Of a stretch of DNA of 64,000 nt, positions 35,474 through 49,360 are shown in pieces. Numbering within the stretch: position 1 is the stretch's first letter; each line of letters begins with the position of its first letter. The translations under genes were made by a program, and so were the position numbers. Source of the stretch: Scyliorhinus canicula (taxonomy: Eukaryota); contig NC_052149.1 of the NCBI RefSeq assembly GCF_902713615.1, positions 173,341,126-173,405,125 on the forward strand, given 5' to 3'. Under the pieces are notes generated by a model that was given only the letters and a program-made list of their open reading frames with translations, was not told the DNA's origin and made no database searches.

Positions 35474-36925
35474 GGGCGCAATTCTTCGGCCTCGCCGCGT
35501 TCTCATTCGTGAGACGAAACCGGTGAATAGGAGAGGTGGAAAATGAGAAACGGGGTGGGTGCCAAACCATTTGCAATGCAACCGGCCCACTCCACACAGG
35601 TGAAATTGGGATCTTGCTACACTGTGGCGAGAAACCAATTATTAGCATTTAAGCCCTATTTCCATTCAATAAACAGGAGCCACTCCATATCCAATGGCCT
35701 CCCATGATTCAACGGCCCCCCAGCAAGTGGTCACGCTGGCGTTGATTAGTACTCCTTTTGAAAAACATGAACCTGGTGAAAGGGCTGCTGTGGGGAGCTA
35801 AGGAGGTGAGCAGCCATCTTTGCTCACAGGCAATGAGCTTGGAGGAACTGGGCATGCTGCCCGTGTGTTCGGGGGTTGGGTGGGAGGGGGAAAACTGGGG
35901 CTGCGGTCCCGGTTGGGGGTGGGCCACCATGGGGAACTGCGGGGGGGGGGGGAACGATGACCCCAATGCCAACCCCTGTACCTTGTGTTCCATACCGTGG
36001 GCAGCCCTAGCCCCTACCTGACTTTCCCACCGACCAACCACAATCCTATTGAACGTGGCTCTGGCCATGCGGCTGATGCCTATTGCTCACAGGAAATTAG
36101 CAATCATGGATAAGTGAGCACTTTACACAACCAAAGTGGATACCTGTGGGTGGGTGGGCCATGTAGCATGTGCAGCTCATTGCCCAGCATTCCAATCAGA
36201 ACTTGATGCATGGACACTGCGCTTGAACAGTACGGGAGGCAACACCACAGACACAGCAGGTAATCTTCGCACTCCCAGGGGATGGGCCCCAGCCCCAGGC
36301 ACATTTCCACGGCTCGGTGTACGTGGACAGTTCATGTCGGGTGCAGGGCGGGGAGGGGGTGGGGACATGTCTGGGGGGATGGGGCATGAGATTGGTGGTC
36401 GGCCCACATCTCAGAACAAAGAGACAGAGGCGTCATACTGGTTGTGTTGACGGTGTTTTAATGAGCCTCGTCCAAGTGTACACCGGTGCCCCACACTCCC
36501 CACCCTCCCTCCTTTGCCCCCATTCACCCACAAAGCCCCCAGCCCCCAATGCACACTCCATTTCTTACCCTCACCAACCGTGCCCCCGTGCCTTCAGTGA
36601 TCCTCTATGTGTATGCCTTCCCAGCTCTACCGCTATGCCTAAGTGTGTCCCCAGGATGCACATCAGAGGTGGAGGCAGCCAGCTGCTTACCACGTCCTGT
36701 GGCCTTCATTGTCCCTGGCAGGCATCCTCTGAGGCTGGTGGGCCCCGATGCACATTCCGGCGGCACATGCCACCCTGTCCTAGGTGCTGCCTGCGAAATG
36801 CGGCATCGTCAGAGGGGTGTAATTCGGGGGATCTGGTGGCCACCATTGCCAGTGCATAAGATGGGTCTGGGTTGCCACCATACGCCCCCTCCTCCCAGCT
36901 AGTGGCTATAAGACCCTGGGGTTAA
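35474..36925 (-). mobile_element. Deleted Harbinger element retaining the 3' end of the Myb-like gene
   Basis: TIR gggcgcaattct at 35474; the minus strand near 36600-36680 reads AASTSDVHPGDTLRHSGRAGK, similar to TSSTPDVPPGDPHRGS in the gene at 3422-5656; cut by the LTR at 36931. Confidence 0.65.
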
Positions 36926-36930
36926 ACTTG

Positions 36931-37469
36931 TGTCATGAGAATGTCACTTTAAGAAATGTTTGGCTGCTCATATTACTGCAGTGATGTCAGAATGTGGGTG
37001 GAGCTGGTCTGTCTGTCAGCTTTTTACTTTTGTTTTTGGCTGTTTGCTGCAGGGTGTGTTTTAGTTTCGTTTTCAGAGCTGGATAGCTGCAGTCACAGCC
37101 AGAAGCTGTATGAACCTCTCTCTGTAATCTAAAGACTGTAAATCGATCCTGGTCATTTAAAACTAATAACAGTAGTGAATTTAACCTGATGTGCTTCTGG
37201 TAAAAGGTGTTTTAAGTCGTATGGGTGTTAAAAGGAAAGCTTAAAGGATTAGTTAGTGTTGTAGTCTTTGGGGATTGTATTTGAATTAATGGTTGCTAAG
37301 ATGTTCACTGTATGTTTTAAAAAGGTTAACTTGAGCTCATAGAATAAAACATTGTTTTGCTTTAAAAAAATATTTTTCAATTTCTGCTGTACCACACCCG
37401 TTGAGTGGGCTGTGTGCTCCCCATACCACAATATATTAAAAGTTGTGGGTCAGGTGAACTCCATGATAC
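36931..37469 (+). mobile_element. LTR of the same family as 25062-25630, 3'-truncated
   Basis: Begins TGTCATGAGAATGTC and is colinear with 25062-25630 up to gaactccatgatac; the last ~30 bp and the TSD are missing. Confidence 0.88.
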
Positions 37470-38715
37470 GCTCAGTGCAGGAATCCATGAAGAGAGAATA
37501 AAATCAACCCAGAAATTACACCCCCCTTTTCACTGCAGTTTGCCGTATTCTGGTAAGGTGCAAAGCTTCAGTGTATTAGTGAATGAGTGAATGTGTAATT
37601 GGGTTGGGTGGGTGAGGTTAAGTAGGTAAATGAGTAGGCTGGCAGGTGGTAGGATGGCAAGTGTGTTAGATAGTAGAGTTTAGCTGGGTAAGGTGGAAGG
37701 TGTGTCATGAGAAGTCAAGTTCGGTTCAGAGAGGTGGTCAGGTGTTGGGAGTTGATCAGGTCAGATTGGGTGGGGGGGGGTAGTCAGGAGGATCAGGGGG
37801 ATAGTTGGGCGTCGGAGGATAGTCAGAGGGTTGAGGGCGATGGGGGCCATTGAGAGAGACTGGGGGTCAGTTGTATCGTTACCCAGGAGTTGGGCTAGGA
37901 TTTGTCTGTCTAACATTTCTTGGGTAACGATTCAGTGACGTAAGTCAGATCTTTCCAAAGTTTCCAACTTTAACTTAGGGGAACAGGGGAATTTCCCAAT
38001 CACAGAATCACACACAGAATTTACAGTGCAGAAGGAGGCCATTCGGCCCATCAAGTCTGCACCGGCCCTTGGAATGACCACCCTATTAAGTCCGCACCTC
38101 CACCCGATCACCACACTTCCAACCTATCCACGTAACCCCAATGAAAGTTCAAACTTCCCGGCCAGTTCACCGTGAATCAATGCATCGAGATGTCCGCAGG
38201 GTCCTGACATGCATCTTGAGGGGCACATCTGATCCAGAGACTGGAAAATCTGGGCCATAGATTTGGCTTCAACTGAGAATGTAAAACAGAAATGAACTGA
38301 TAGGGTGCTCGGTATCACCAGCTTTGTCAGCATTTGTTGCCATTCCTAATTGCCCTTGAGGTGGTGAGTTGATTTCTTTAACTGCTGCAGTCCATGTGGT
38401 GTAGATACACCCACAGTGCTTTTAGGAAGGGGGTCCCAGGATTTTGAGCTGACAGCAGTGAAGAATTGTAGATGTTTATGTTTACTGTGAGGATCTTGTT
38501 ATAGTTTGGACAGTTACGATCACCATCTAGCTTGCAATGTTGGCACAAGATTGTTCACAATTCAGTCTGGGTTGTTATGAAGGGGAGCTTCTTCAAATGC
38601 TTATCTGTGCATATCAGGAAACCACACTTGTGAGGTGTTATTTTAATTGAGGGGACAATGGTCTCACCTGTTGGCTGGTGAGCCAGCAAGTGCCCCGTGT
38701 TGCCTTTTCAGTAAG

Positions 38716-41356
38716 GGGTCGGATGATGTGGAGTCTGTGTGGGTAGAATTGAGGAACCACAAAGGCAAAAAAACCATAATGGGAGTTATGTACAGACCTC
38801 CTAACAGTGGTCAGGACCAGGGGCGCAACATGTACCGGGAAATAGAAAAGGCATGTCAGAAAGGCAAGGTCACGGTGATCATGGGGGACTTCAATATGCA
38901 GGTGGATTGGGTAAATAACGTAGCCAGTGGATCCAAAGAAAAGGAATTCATGGAATGCTTACAAGATGGCTTTTTGGAACAGCTTGTCATGGAGCCCACA
39001 AGGGAGCAGGCTATTCTGGACCTAGTGCTATGTAATGAACCAGACTTTATAAAGATCTTAAAGTAAGGGAACACTTAGGAAGCAGCGATCATAATATGGT
39101 TGAGTTCAGTCTGCAGTTTGAAAGAGAGAAGGCAAAATCGGATGTAATGGTGTTACAGTTAAATAAAGGTAATTACGAGGGCATGAGAGAGGAACTGGCG
39201 AAAATCGACTGGAAGCAGACCCTAGTGGGGAAGACAGTCGAGCAAAAATGGCAGGCGTTTGTATGCATAATTGAGGACACTGTACAGAGATTCATCCCCA
39301 AGAAAAGAAAGATTATCCGGGGAGGGATTAGACAGCCATGGCTGACAAAGGAGGTCAGGAAATGTATCAAAGGAAAAGAGAGATCCTATAAAGTAGCCAA
39401 AAGCACTGGGAAATCAGAAGATTGGGAAGGCTACAAAAACAAACAGAGGTTAACAAAGAGACAAATAAGGAAGGAGAGGATCAAATATGAAGGCAGGCTA
39501 GCCAGTAATATAAGAAATTATAGTAAAAGTTTATTTCAATACATAAGAAACAAACGACAGGCCAAAGTAGACATTGGGCCAATTCAAACTGATTCCGGAA
39601 GGCTAGTGATGGGAGTCGAGGAAATGGCTGGAGAACTTAATAAGTACTTTGCGTCTGTCTTCACAGTGAAAGACATGAGTAATATCCCAAAAATTATAGA
39701 GAGTCAGGGGGCTGAGTTGAGTATGGTTGCCATTACAAAAGAGATGGTGCTAAAAAAGTTAAAAGGTCTTAAAATTGACAAATCACCTGGCCCCGATGGG
39801 CTACACCCTAGAGTTCTGAGAGAGGTGGCTGAAGAAATAGCGGAAGCGTTGGTTGAGATCTTTCAAAAATCACTGGAGTCAGGGAAAGTCCCGGACGATT
39901 GGAAGATTGCTGTTGTAACCCCCTTGTTCAAGAAAGGATCAAGACAAAAGATGGAAAATTATAGGCCAATTAGCCTAACCTCGGTTGTTGGTAAAATTCT
40001 AGAATCGATCGTTAAGGATGAGATTTCTAAATTCTTGGAAGAGCAGGGTCGGATTAGAACAAGTCAACATGGATTTAGTAAGGGGAGGTCGTGCCTGACG
40101 AACCTGTTAGAATTCTTTGAGGAGGTGACAAGTAGGTTAGACCAGGGAAACCCAGTGGATGTGGTCTATCTGGATTTCCAAAAGGCCTTTGATAAGGTGC
40201 CACACAGGAGGCTGCTGAGTAAGGTGAGGGCCCATGGTGTTCGAGATGAGCTACTGGCATAGGTTGAGGATTGGCTGTCTGACAGAAGGCAGAGAGTTGG
40301 GATAAAAGGTTCTTTTTCGGAATGGCAGCCGGTGACCAGCGGTGTCCCACAGGGTTCAGTGTTGGGGCCACAGCTGTTCACCATATATATTAATGATCTG
40401 GATGAAGGGACTGGGGGCATTCTAGCAAAGTTTGCCGATGATACGAAGTTAGGTGGTCAGGCAGGTAGTGCTGAGGAAGTGGGGAAGCTGCAGAAGGATC
40501 TAGACAGTTTGGGAGAGTGGTGCAGGAAATGGCTGATGCAATTCAACGTGAGAAAATGTGAGGTCTTGCACTTTGGAAAAAAGAATCCAAGCATAGACTA
40601 CTTTCTAAACGGTGAGAAAATTCATAATGCCAAAGTACAAAGGGATCTGGGAGTGCTAGTCGAGGATTCCCTAAAGGTAAACATGCAGGTTGAATCTGTG
40701 ATTAAGAAAGCGAATGCAATGTTGTCATTTATCTCAAGAGGGTTGGAATATAAAAGCAGCGATGTGCTACTGAGCCTTTATAAGGCTCTGGTTAGGCCCC
40801 ATTTGGAGTACTGTGTCCAGTTTTGGGCCCCACATCTCAGGAAGGACATACTGGCACTGGAGCGTGTCCAGCGGAGATTCACACGGATGATCCCTGGAAT
40901 GGCGGGTCTAACATATGATGAACGGCTGAGGATCCTGGGATTGTATTCATTGGAGTTTAGAAGGTTAAGGGGAGATCTAATAGAAACTTACAAGATAATA
41001 CATGGCTTAGAAAGGGTGGACGCAAAGAAACTGTTTCCGTTAGGCGAGGAGACGAGGACCCGTGGGCACAGCCTTAGAATTAGAGGGGGTAAATTCAGAA
41101 CAGAAATGCGGAGACATTTCTTCAGCCAGAGAGTGGTGGGCCTGTGGAATTCATTGCCGCGGAGTGCAGTGGAGGCCAGGACGCTAAATGGCTTCAAGGC
41201 AGAGATAGATAAATTCTTGATGTCGCGAGGAATTAAGGGCTATGGGGAGAATGCTGGTAGGTGGAGTTGAAATGCCCATCAGCCATGATTGAATGGCGGA
41301 GTGGACTCGATGGGCCGAATGGTCTTACTTCCACTCCTATGTCTTATGGTCTTATG
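38716..41356 (+). mobile_element. Young 5'-truncated CR1 LINE ORF2 (partial APE plus RT)
   Basis: ORFs 38647-39066, 39096-40262 and 40332-41270 form one ORF2 broken by a 1-bp deletion near 39052 and a TAG at 40260. Motifs YRPP, MGDFN, SDH, QHGF, KAFDKV, GVPQGSVLGP, FADD; tail (atggtctt)n. Confidence 0.96.
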
Positions 41357-42071
41357 GGTCAGATGAGTTGCAAGGAATCCTCGGATTTGAAAAGAAATTG
41401 GTGTTTTAGAGATTGTATTCCACAATGGTGTCCATTTATTCTGTTAAAACCACATTTCTGTTAACTGGGCAGTGGCAGGCCTTCCACAGGATCAAGGATC
41501 CTGGGGGCAGATGTACCACCATGCTGAAAGCTGCCGGCCAATCAGAGGCTGGCTACTTTTCATTATTTGGTTGTGTCACCAAGGGAGCTGCTGCAAGTAC
41601 TATACCCACCCAAGGCCGAGGACCACCATGGGCCAGGCACAGGCCAGTGATGGCAGGATTGGGGTTGCGAGGTAGGGGTGTCAACAGTAAGGACAGGGAG
41701 TGATTTTTAGCAGTCCCTCCCACTCAACCTTCCTAATGCTGTTCCTAGATCAGCCACCGTGTACCTGACACCAGCCCCCCCCCCCCCCACGGAAGTCCGC
41801 AAGAAAACATGCTAGGGTTTGCTTTTCAAGCATCCCAATTGCTGAGTCCCCTGTGCCACCGCCACTGGGTGAACACCAGTAGTAATGGGAATGAGGCCCT
41901 GAAATGGGGGTTATTGTCCATGTAAGGACCTCAGTTAGTGACATAGTGGGATTATGGGCTTACCCACGATGGCGGAAAGAGAGCAGGCTCCCCACCTGAC
42001 ACCCTCCTGCTTGATTAATAGCCCTTGTCCCCAAACTTGCCACAGAAGAGGGCATCAAATTTTGCCTAATG

Positions 42072-42464
42072 TGTTACGTACTCTGGGATAACACAGGCTG
42101 CAACTGGATGCAGCTTTGGCCAAAAGATACTCCAGACCTTGAAGTTAGTTCAATCCGATTTATTGAACCAGGAGCACAGTTAGCTCAATTCTCTGTCAGT
42201 TCGACTCTCTTCTAACCTAAATGTGGTGACTCTGACTGAACCAGACTAGCTCTTAGCCACGTGCTGGAGGTGTGCTACTGTACATACACCCTGACTCACT
42301 CTGTAGATGTTCATCAGTGGAAAGAGGTGGAGTGTGAATGCCTCATGCCTTTTATAGTGAGATACCACCCCTGAGTGTCCTGCCTGCTCATTGGTCATAT
42401 CCTGTTCTGTGTTCATTAGCTGCCTATCTATATATCATTATGTGCATGTTTGCATATCATAACC
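42072..42464 (-). mobile_element. Probable solo LTR, third family
   Basis: TGTTACG...CATAAC(C) termini; minus-strand CCAAT, TATAAAA and AATAAA in the expected order; no clear TSD. Confidence 0.55.
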
Positions 42465-43536
42465 CTGCCTACGATATGGGAGTTACCTTGCCATACACAA
42501 GAACTCAGAAAATCTGCTCTAAAATTGGCAATTGCACAAAGGTGACGAGTTGTTGTGGAAAATTGGAAACATTCACACTTTGTGCAGTAGGAGGCTCTTA
42601 TTTGAGATTTTATCAAGGCACATTTCTGCCAAAAGGTTTATTTTTTGAAAAGATGGGTGATGTGTCTTTCCTTGTTGTTGAAATTAACAAACCACTGATA
42701 AAAAATAGGAATAGAGGATTCAGAAATGGATTATTGTGGTGCAAAGGCATTAAGAAGAACAACCAAAACCCCTGTAAAAGCAATTATTGAATGTTTGCGG
42801 CATTTTCAGATTTTTTTTGATGTTTTTTCGTCTTCATTGAACAGGTTTTAGAAAGGAACAATGCTTAACTGTTATGTTTTAAAATAACCTATATTTACAG
42901 TTTTTTAAACTGACAAGATACAGACATTGGCAATGTGCATTAAAACTAGATGAATAAATTTGTTGAATGTGATAGCTCATAGAATACAGATAAAATGAGA
43001 CACATTGACTCATCCTAGGTCCAGTAAGCCAGGATATTCATTATTCTTTTCGACAACAGCAGGAGATCATCTTCAAATATGTACTCCAGGAAAGGAGTAG
43101 GTCTGGCCAGTTTTATCTGATAAACCACTGGTCAGAAGACTAGCTTCCCCAGTGGCTGAGTACACGTCAAACAGGAAAATGCAAGAAAAAGAGAGTTGAA
43201 TTTAATTCCGAAAGGGTGGGTCTCAGCTGTGGACCTGGGAATGGGTGCTGTCGCCAATTGAAAAGTATTTTGCCCACCGGCCATGATCATGCAGAGGATG
43301 GCCAATTAACATGTTGGAGACACAAGGCCCGTCCAATCCTGTAGCGATGGTGGACAGCAAGGCACCAATCCCAGCATCACCTGACAGAAAGGCAGGTGCT
43401 GGTGCCATCTTTACAGACCTGTCAGGCGTGCACACATTCAGCCGTGATCATGCCAGGAAAAATAAGCTTTATTCTAATAGCCTTTAATCTAACCAAACGT
43501 CCCTCTTTAACCAGGTTTGTTGACAATGAATGTCAT

Positions 43537-44167
43537 GGGCTGGATTTTCTGGTTGGCGATGCCAAAACCAGATTTGGCGAACGGCCGAAGAATCCAGATC
43601 GAATCGGGGCGGTGCTGCTTTTGCGATGCTCCGCCCCTCCAAAGCAGCGTACTCTGAGTATGCAGCGCCACGTAGCCACGGCCTTAGGACATTGCCTGAG
43701 GCCTGCCCCCCGATGCTCCGCCCCCGACCAGCCGAGTTCCCGATGGCGTGGGCCATCTGTGGTCTCACCCATCGGGAACTCGGCGTGGCTGCTGCCACTG
43801 TCGGGGGAGAGCCGATCCGTGGGCATGTGGGGACATTATTCGGGGCTGGAGGCACTGTGGGGGGGTGGCCCGGGGTGCACGAGCCAGCTGAAGGGTGGGA
43901 TTGTTTAGTGGGCCGGGTCCGTGAGCGGCCTCCACCATGAAGCACGGCGTGATCACGGCAGGCTGCCGCCGTGTGCATGCACAGTCACGGACCCGACAAT
44001 TCTCCGGTGTGTCTCGGCAGCTAGAGCCGGGTGCTCTAAGCTTCCGTCCTGCTAGCCTCCAGCAAAACGGGGAATCGATGGCCATTTTGCGCCAGTTTTC
44101 CTGGTGTAAAACGCCACGGTTCCACGCTGGCGTGGGGACATAGCCCCAGAATTGGAGAATCCAGCTC
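43537..44167. mobile_element. Harbinger MITE
   Basis: TIRs gggctggattttct / ggagaatccagctc; CAT TSD at 43534-43536 and 44168-44170. Confidence 0.88.
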
Positions 44168-45252
44168 CATATCTCCTTTGGTGACTAGTTATCATGTTTT
44201 GTTTCATTATGCTCTTGTGAAAGGTGTTTTATTATACTAAAGGCACTATGTAAATTCAGGTTGGTTTTTTTTGTTTTATTCCCACTGGGAATCCCGTGCA
44301 AAGCAAGAGTTTTGTTGGAGCTGAGTGGAATTAGCAACAAAGGTCCTGTCTAAATCTCCAAAGTAGGAAAGATAAGGAAACATCAACCTGCTGTTACTAC
44401 ACACAAGATGCCCTCCTCAGTGTTGTATCCACCTTGAGGTGCCTTCCTGTGGCTTCTATCATTCTATCAACACCTGTACACTACTGGTGATTAGTTGGAG
44501 CAAGTATGTGTGGATATTTGGGCATATTGATAACCTTCATTCCATTTAACTGACAAGGATAGGGATACCGATGGGTCTTAAATGTGACTGGTACTTTGTA
44601 TGGATAATTCAAGTACAGATTTTGTTTGCAGCAGATGAATGGTCTTCACAGCTGATCTGCTGAATTTATTCTCCACAAATAGTGAATTTTGATGGAATCC
44701 CAATTTAAAAGAAAAAATAATTTACATCTTTCTACAACATTTTTATTGTTTATCGTAAATTTCTTGTTGTACGATGCACGATGATGTACCATACTCCACT
44801 TGAAAAAGTAAGTCTCTACTGTTGAAGCGGTTGTTGGGAGGCTTATCAGAGTTGGCACATGTTGTAATTGTTACTTAACTATAATATAAATTTAACACGA
44901 GCATAGACTATATATATATCTGAAAATAAAATTGGCATGTTGAATAAATGAATGTGCATAACTCTCATGGATTTACTTTAATGTCATCCTGTAAGTATCA
45001 TTGTTAACATAAAATAGATCATCATTCATTTACAACTAAACAAATTCAACTTGTCTTTTTAACTGAACTAAATGTACCAACAAATTGCCACTGACCCAGT
45101 CATTTCTTTACAAGGTTTGGATGATTCTGAGCTTTGAGGTTTCCCTATCTGTTGGCTCATTAATTGAATTTTGAAAACTGATTTTTGGAAACTGATTTTG
45201 CATTCTGCCACATTGTTCACTTATGAAATAACTGTTACAAGAAGGAACAAAG

Positions 45253-45790
45253 GGACGGGATTCTTCGGAAACCGGCGGGATGGGCAACTCCGGTGCGAAG
45301 GAGTTGCATGAACCACTCCGTCATCGGGCCGCCCGGAAGGTACGGAATCCTCCGCACCTTCAGGGGCTAGGCTGGCGCCGGAGTGGTTTGCGCCGCGCCA
45401 GCCGGCAGGAAAGGGGCTTGGCGCCACGCCAACCAGCGCTGAAGGGCTGCCGCCGGACGGCGCGAGTTGGCGCATGCACAGAAGAGCCAGTGTGTGCTGG
45501 CATCATCCCAGTGCATGCACAGGGGAGGTTCATCTCCGCGCCGACCATTGTGGACCGGTACACCAGCCGGCGCGGAGGAATAGAGTGCCACCACGGCACA
45601 GGCTCCGATCGCGGGCCAGGCCACCAGGGGGGCACCCCCCCGGGGCCAGATCCCCCCCTGTGTTCCCCCCCCGCCCCCGAGGACCTCGGAGACCGCCCGC
45701 GGAGTGAGGTCCCGCCGGTAAGTACCTGTCGTAACATGTGCCGGCGGGACCTGCCAAAAACTGGCAGCCACTTGGCCCATCGCGGGCCGA
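45253..45790. mobile_element. Harbinger MITE, right end deleted
   Basis: Left TIR ggacgggattctt; body homologous to 8716-9416 and 11800-12543. Confidence 0.8.
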
Positions 45791-45859
45791 TGGGTCTTCA
45801 ATGTGACTGGTGAATTAGGTAGAATTAATATTTTGTCTCAGAACATGTATGCAGTTACA

Positions 45860-46190
45860 TAGATACATAGAACATACAATACAGAAGGAGGCCATTTGGC
45901 CCATCAAGTCTGCACCGACCCACTTAAGCCCTCACTTCCACCCTATCCCGTAACCCAGAACCTAATCCTTCATACCATTTTTTGGTCACTTGGGGCCATT
46001 TATCACGGCCAATACACCTAACCTGCACGTCTTTGGACTGTGGGAGGAAACCAGAACTCCCGGAGGAATCCCACGCAGACATGGGAAGAACGCGCAGACT
46101 CCGCACAGACAGGGACCCAGCGGGGAATCGAACCTGGGACCCTGGCACAGTGAAGCCACAGTGCTATCCACTTGTGCTACCATGCTGCCC
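45860..46190 (-). mobile_element. HE1 SINE with CR1 tail
   Basis: Minus-strand gggcagcatggtagcacaagtgg head, V-domain and CR1-type tail. Confidence 0.87.
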
Positions 46191-46663
46191 GTGTTAAGTA
46201 CTTAACACAACTAGAATCTGCAATGTGGATTGATTTTTGATTTTTGAAGATTTAACACGATTATTTAACTGATATGGCACCCGGCTATACATTCAGCTAT
46301 ACACATCATCAAAGTCTCAATCTTTTGTATCTGCTGAAATGGGTGGCAAGTGGGGTTGGTTCAATTTGGCCTCACAAATCCTGAAAAAGCAATGATTCTC
46401 ACTTGTGATCATTATTCAGAGATAGAACTTGAATAGAAGGTGAAGTAGCATCAAGCTTGGCATGGGTCAAACAGCCTTGAGTACTCATTGGTCTGGCTCA
46501 AACTTGGAAGAGTTACCACACAGATGAGGTGCTAAATGAACCACACCCTGGATGTGTAATGACCTTTCAATGGGGAAGTGAAAACATTGAAAGGAAGAGG
46601 TCGTGAGAATCTAAGAGCATATGAACAAAGACAGAACTTGTGCATCACAATGTACTCTTGTAC

Positions 46664-47176
46664 ATTGGGCTGAGCGGCCGTCCAGTTTTGGCCAGTCCCA
46701 CCGGCGTGAATCACTCAACTCACGCACCTGCGGGACCTGGCAGGTGAGTATGCAGGGGCGGTCCTCCGGGGGCGGGAGGGGATCCATCCCCCCGTTGGGG
46801 GGGGGGGGGGGAACGGTGGCCTGGCCCACGATCGGGGCCCACCAATCCGTGGGCAGGCTTGATCCGTGGGGGCACTTCTTTCTTCCGTACTGGGCCATGT
46901 AGGGCTCCATTATATTGCCCGGGGGCCGGCGTGGCATGCGCAAAAATATGCTGACTGGTCCGCGCATGCGTGGAATCACGCTGGCCGTTCCGTGCATGCG
47001 CAAACTCACACCGGCCCTTCGCCGCCAGCTGGAGCGGCACCAACCCCTCTGGTGTCCACCTAGCCCCCGAAAATGTTGAGAATTCTGCACCTTCGAGGGC
47101 TGTTGACGCCGGAGTGGTTGGCACCGGTTGTCCCGCCGGCATGGGGACTTCATCCCCAGAAGGGAGAACACCGGCC
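46664..47176. mobile_element. Harbinger MITE, left end deleted
   Basis: Right TIR ggagaacaccggcc; body inverted relative to 45253-45790. Confidence 0.78.
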
Positions 47177-49360
47177 ATATGTTTCATGGAAAACCTTTTG
47201 TAACAATTCTTTAAAAATACTTGAGGTACTTTATTATTTCTAGAGGCACAAATCAGGAGTCTCACTTTATAAAAACACTCATGAAGTATGAAACTATGCA
47301 GTATGCACTTGCTCAGTGTCCCATTTACTCTATTAAACCTTCACTTCTCCATCACTGGAAACTCACCAAGGCTTCTTTGCCAGCACATTTCAAAACTACG
47401 ACTTTTACTGCCTAGAAGAACAAGGACAGTAGGCAGATTTGAACACTATTGCTAAATGTTCCTCTCCAAGTCACACATCCTGACTTGGAAACTTGCTGCC
47501 ATGCCTTCAACATCACTGGGTCAAATATTAGAAATTCCTTCCGAACAGCACCATACGGATTACAATGTGGTTAAAGGCGACGGCTCACCAGCTCTCAAGG
47601 GTAGTTAGGCTTGGGCAATAAATGCTGTCCTTGCCAGTGAAGTCTGTATCCCGTGATAAGGTGCCAACTGGTTGAGCCTTTTCAATATTAAAACTGTCAT
47701 TCTTCATGACACACAGAAACTATTATTTTATGGCGAGCACAGTGATTGCACAATCTGGCTACTGGGTTCCCACTAGTGGTTTTAAAATGCTTCTGATTTT
47801 TCATTCTCTCGGTAACTGAAATTTCTAAGGAAGAAAACCAGGACCTAAACAAAATATATATTTTTAGATTTTCACAAGGCCAAGATTATATTTGTTCATT
47901 GAATCTCCTTTTGTGTCTCTTAATGCCTCCATTCAAGTTTTTATTTGAAGGCATTTGGGATGTGATATTTTTGCTCAAAGTTGTGACACTGCGAGCGGGA
48001 TGTGGACGACACAGTCTGATTCACCAGCACTTTTGAACTCAGTAGCTTTTCTTTAACTAATTTTTAAAAAACGAAAGATCAATTTTCAAAAGCTTTATTA
48101 AGCATAATTGTGCTTAGTAAAATAAAAGGAAGATGATGGCCTGGGATTTTACCACTGAGCCATACCTGACACTCGAAACAAGATGTGACACAAGGAACTA
48201 TTATATCGGAACTATGATAACCAACAGAAGGGAACAATGTCCATGCACCCTTACAATAAGCTGGCCCACTCTGTTGGCAGAAACACTGTGTGGCTGGCAC
48301 TGCTGAATCCTGCTCCTGATGACATAGAGTTTCAGGTCCCACCTGGTTTTCTCCATTCCTCCATTGTATAGTCACTAATATTGTGATGGACTTTTTGAGT
48401 ATTAAAGTTTAACTAACACTTACTTACAGGGTCACTGAGAAGAATGGACATGGGAAAGAGACCTTGGAGGAGCAGTAGTGCCATCTAGAGCCAAGAGTAC
48501 TAAAAGTTAAGTTCAATGATAAGTGTACCTTACAGTTCAAAGATGAGTATTGGATATGATGGAATTGAACACATCATACAATACCTAAATCTGACAGAAA
48601 CAGCATGCTGAGAATTTCCTGTAGCCTCAGAAAGTGAGCATACCAAAAACTGTACTAATATTATAGATTATAAGTTGGTAGATATAAGTTGAACTCTTGT
48701 GTTCTCACTTATAATAAAGCAGAAGTTATACTTTGACAGCAAAGTTAATCACAATATAGTTTTGCAATCATAGAAATATCCTTTAATACATACAATGCAT
48801 TTTGTTATTCGCCCTAGAGTTCAATGTTCCTCATTGATTGCTCTGCTCAGTGGTCCTTTAATCAGTAGTAGGTTTTAACTGCCTATGTTCCTTCTTTCTC
48901 AACGAATTAAGGGAAGTATCCCATTCCATTGACTGATGATACCATTTGTGAGTGTTTCAACAACCAGCAATTTAATCTGCACTTTAAATGGAGCCAGTTG
49001 ATTTCTCGTTGACTGCTATTACTGTAACCAACTAGGAATATCCTTAAATGTCAGAAGGATAATCATGAAACATAGGCATTTTAAATGCATGGTCATAAAG
49101 ATTGAATTTCTGATGAGGAGAGAAAATGACTGGGTTTGTGAGAAAAGGACCTCCCTCAACTCTGGTCAGGTTTGAAGCATTTTCCTGTGTGCTTGATGAT
49201 TTCCCTGCACCAAGTCACTTGCCCTAATTATAGTCGATCACCAGTTGCATTGTTCAAGGCAAAGAACTAGAAAAAACCTGTGCTTTCCTGTCAATCTCTT
49301 CCCCCTCTTTGAGTGTGTCTTGTTTAAACTAATTTTCTGCTTCACACTTTCTTCTGTGTA

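Noticed and set aside
45253-47176. Two inverted MITE halves as a composite transposon carrying host DNA
   Set aside because: Different subfamilies, and the outer flanks (AAG vs ATA) do not form a TSD.
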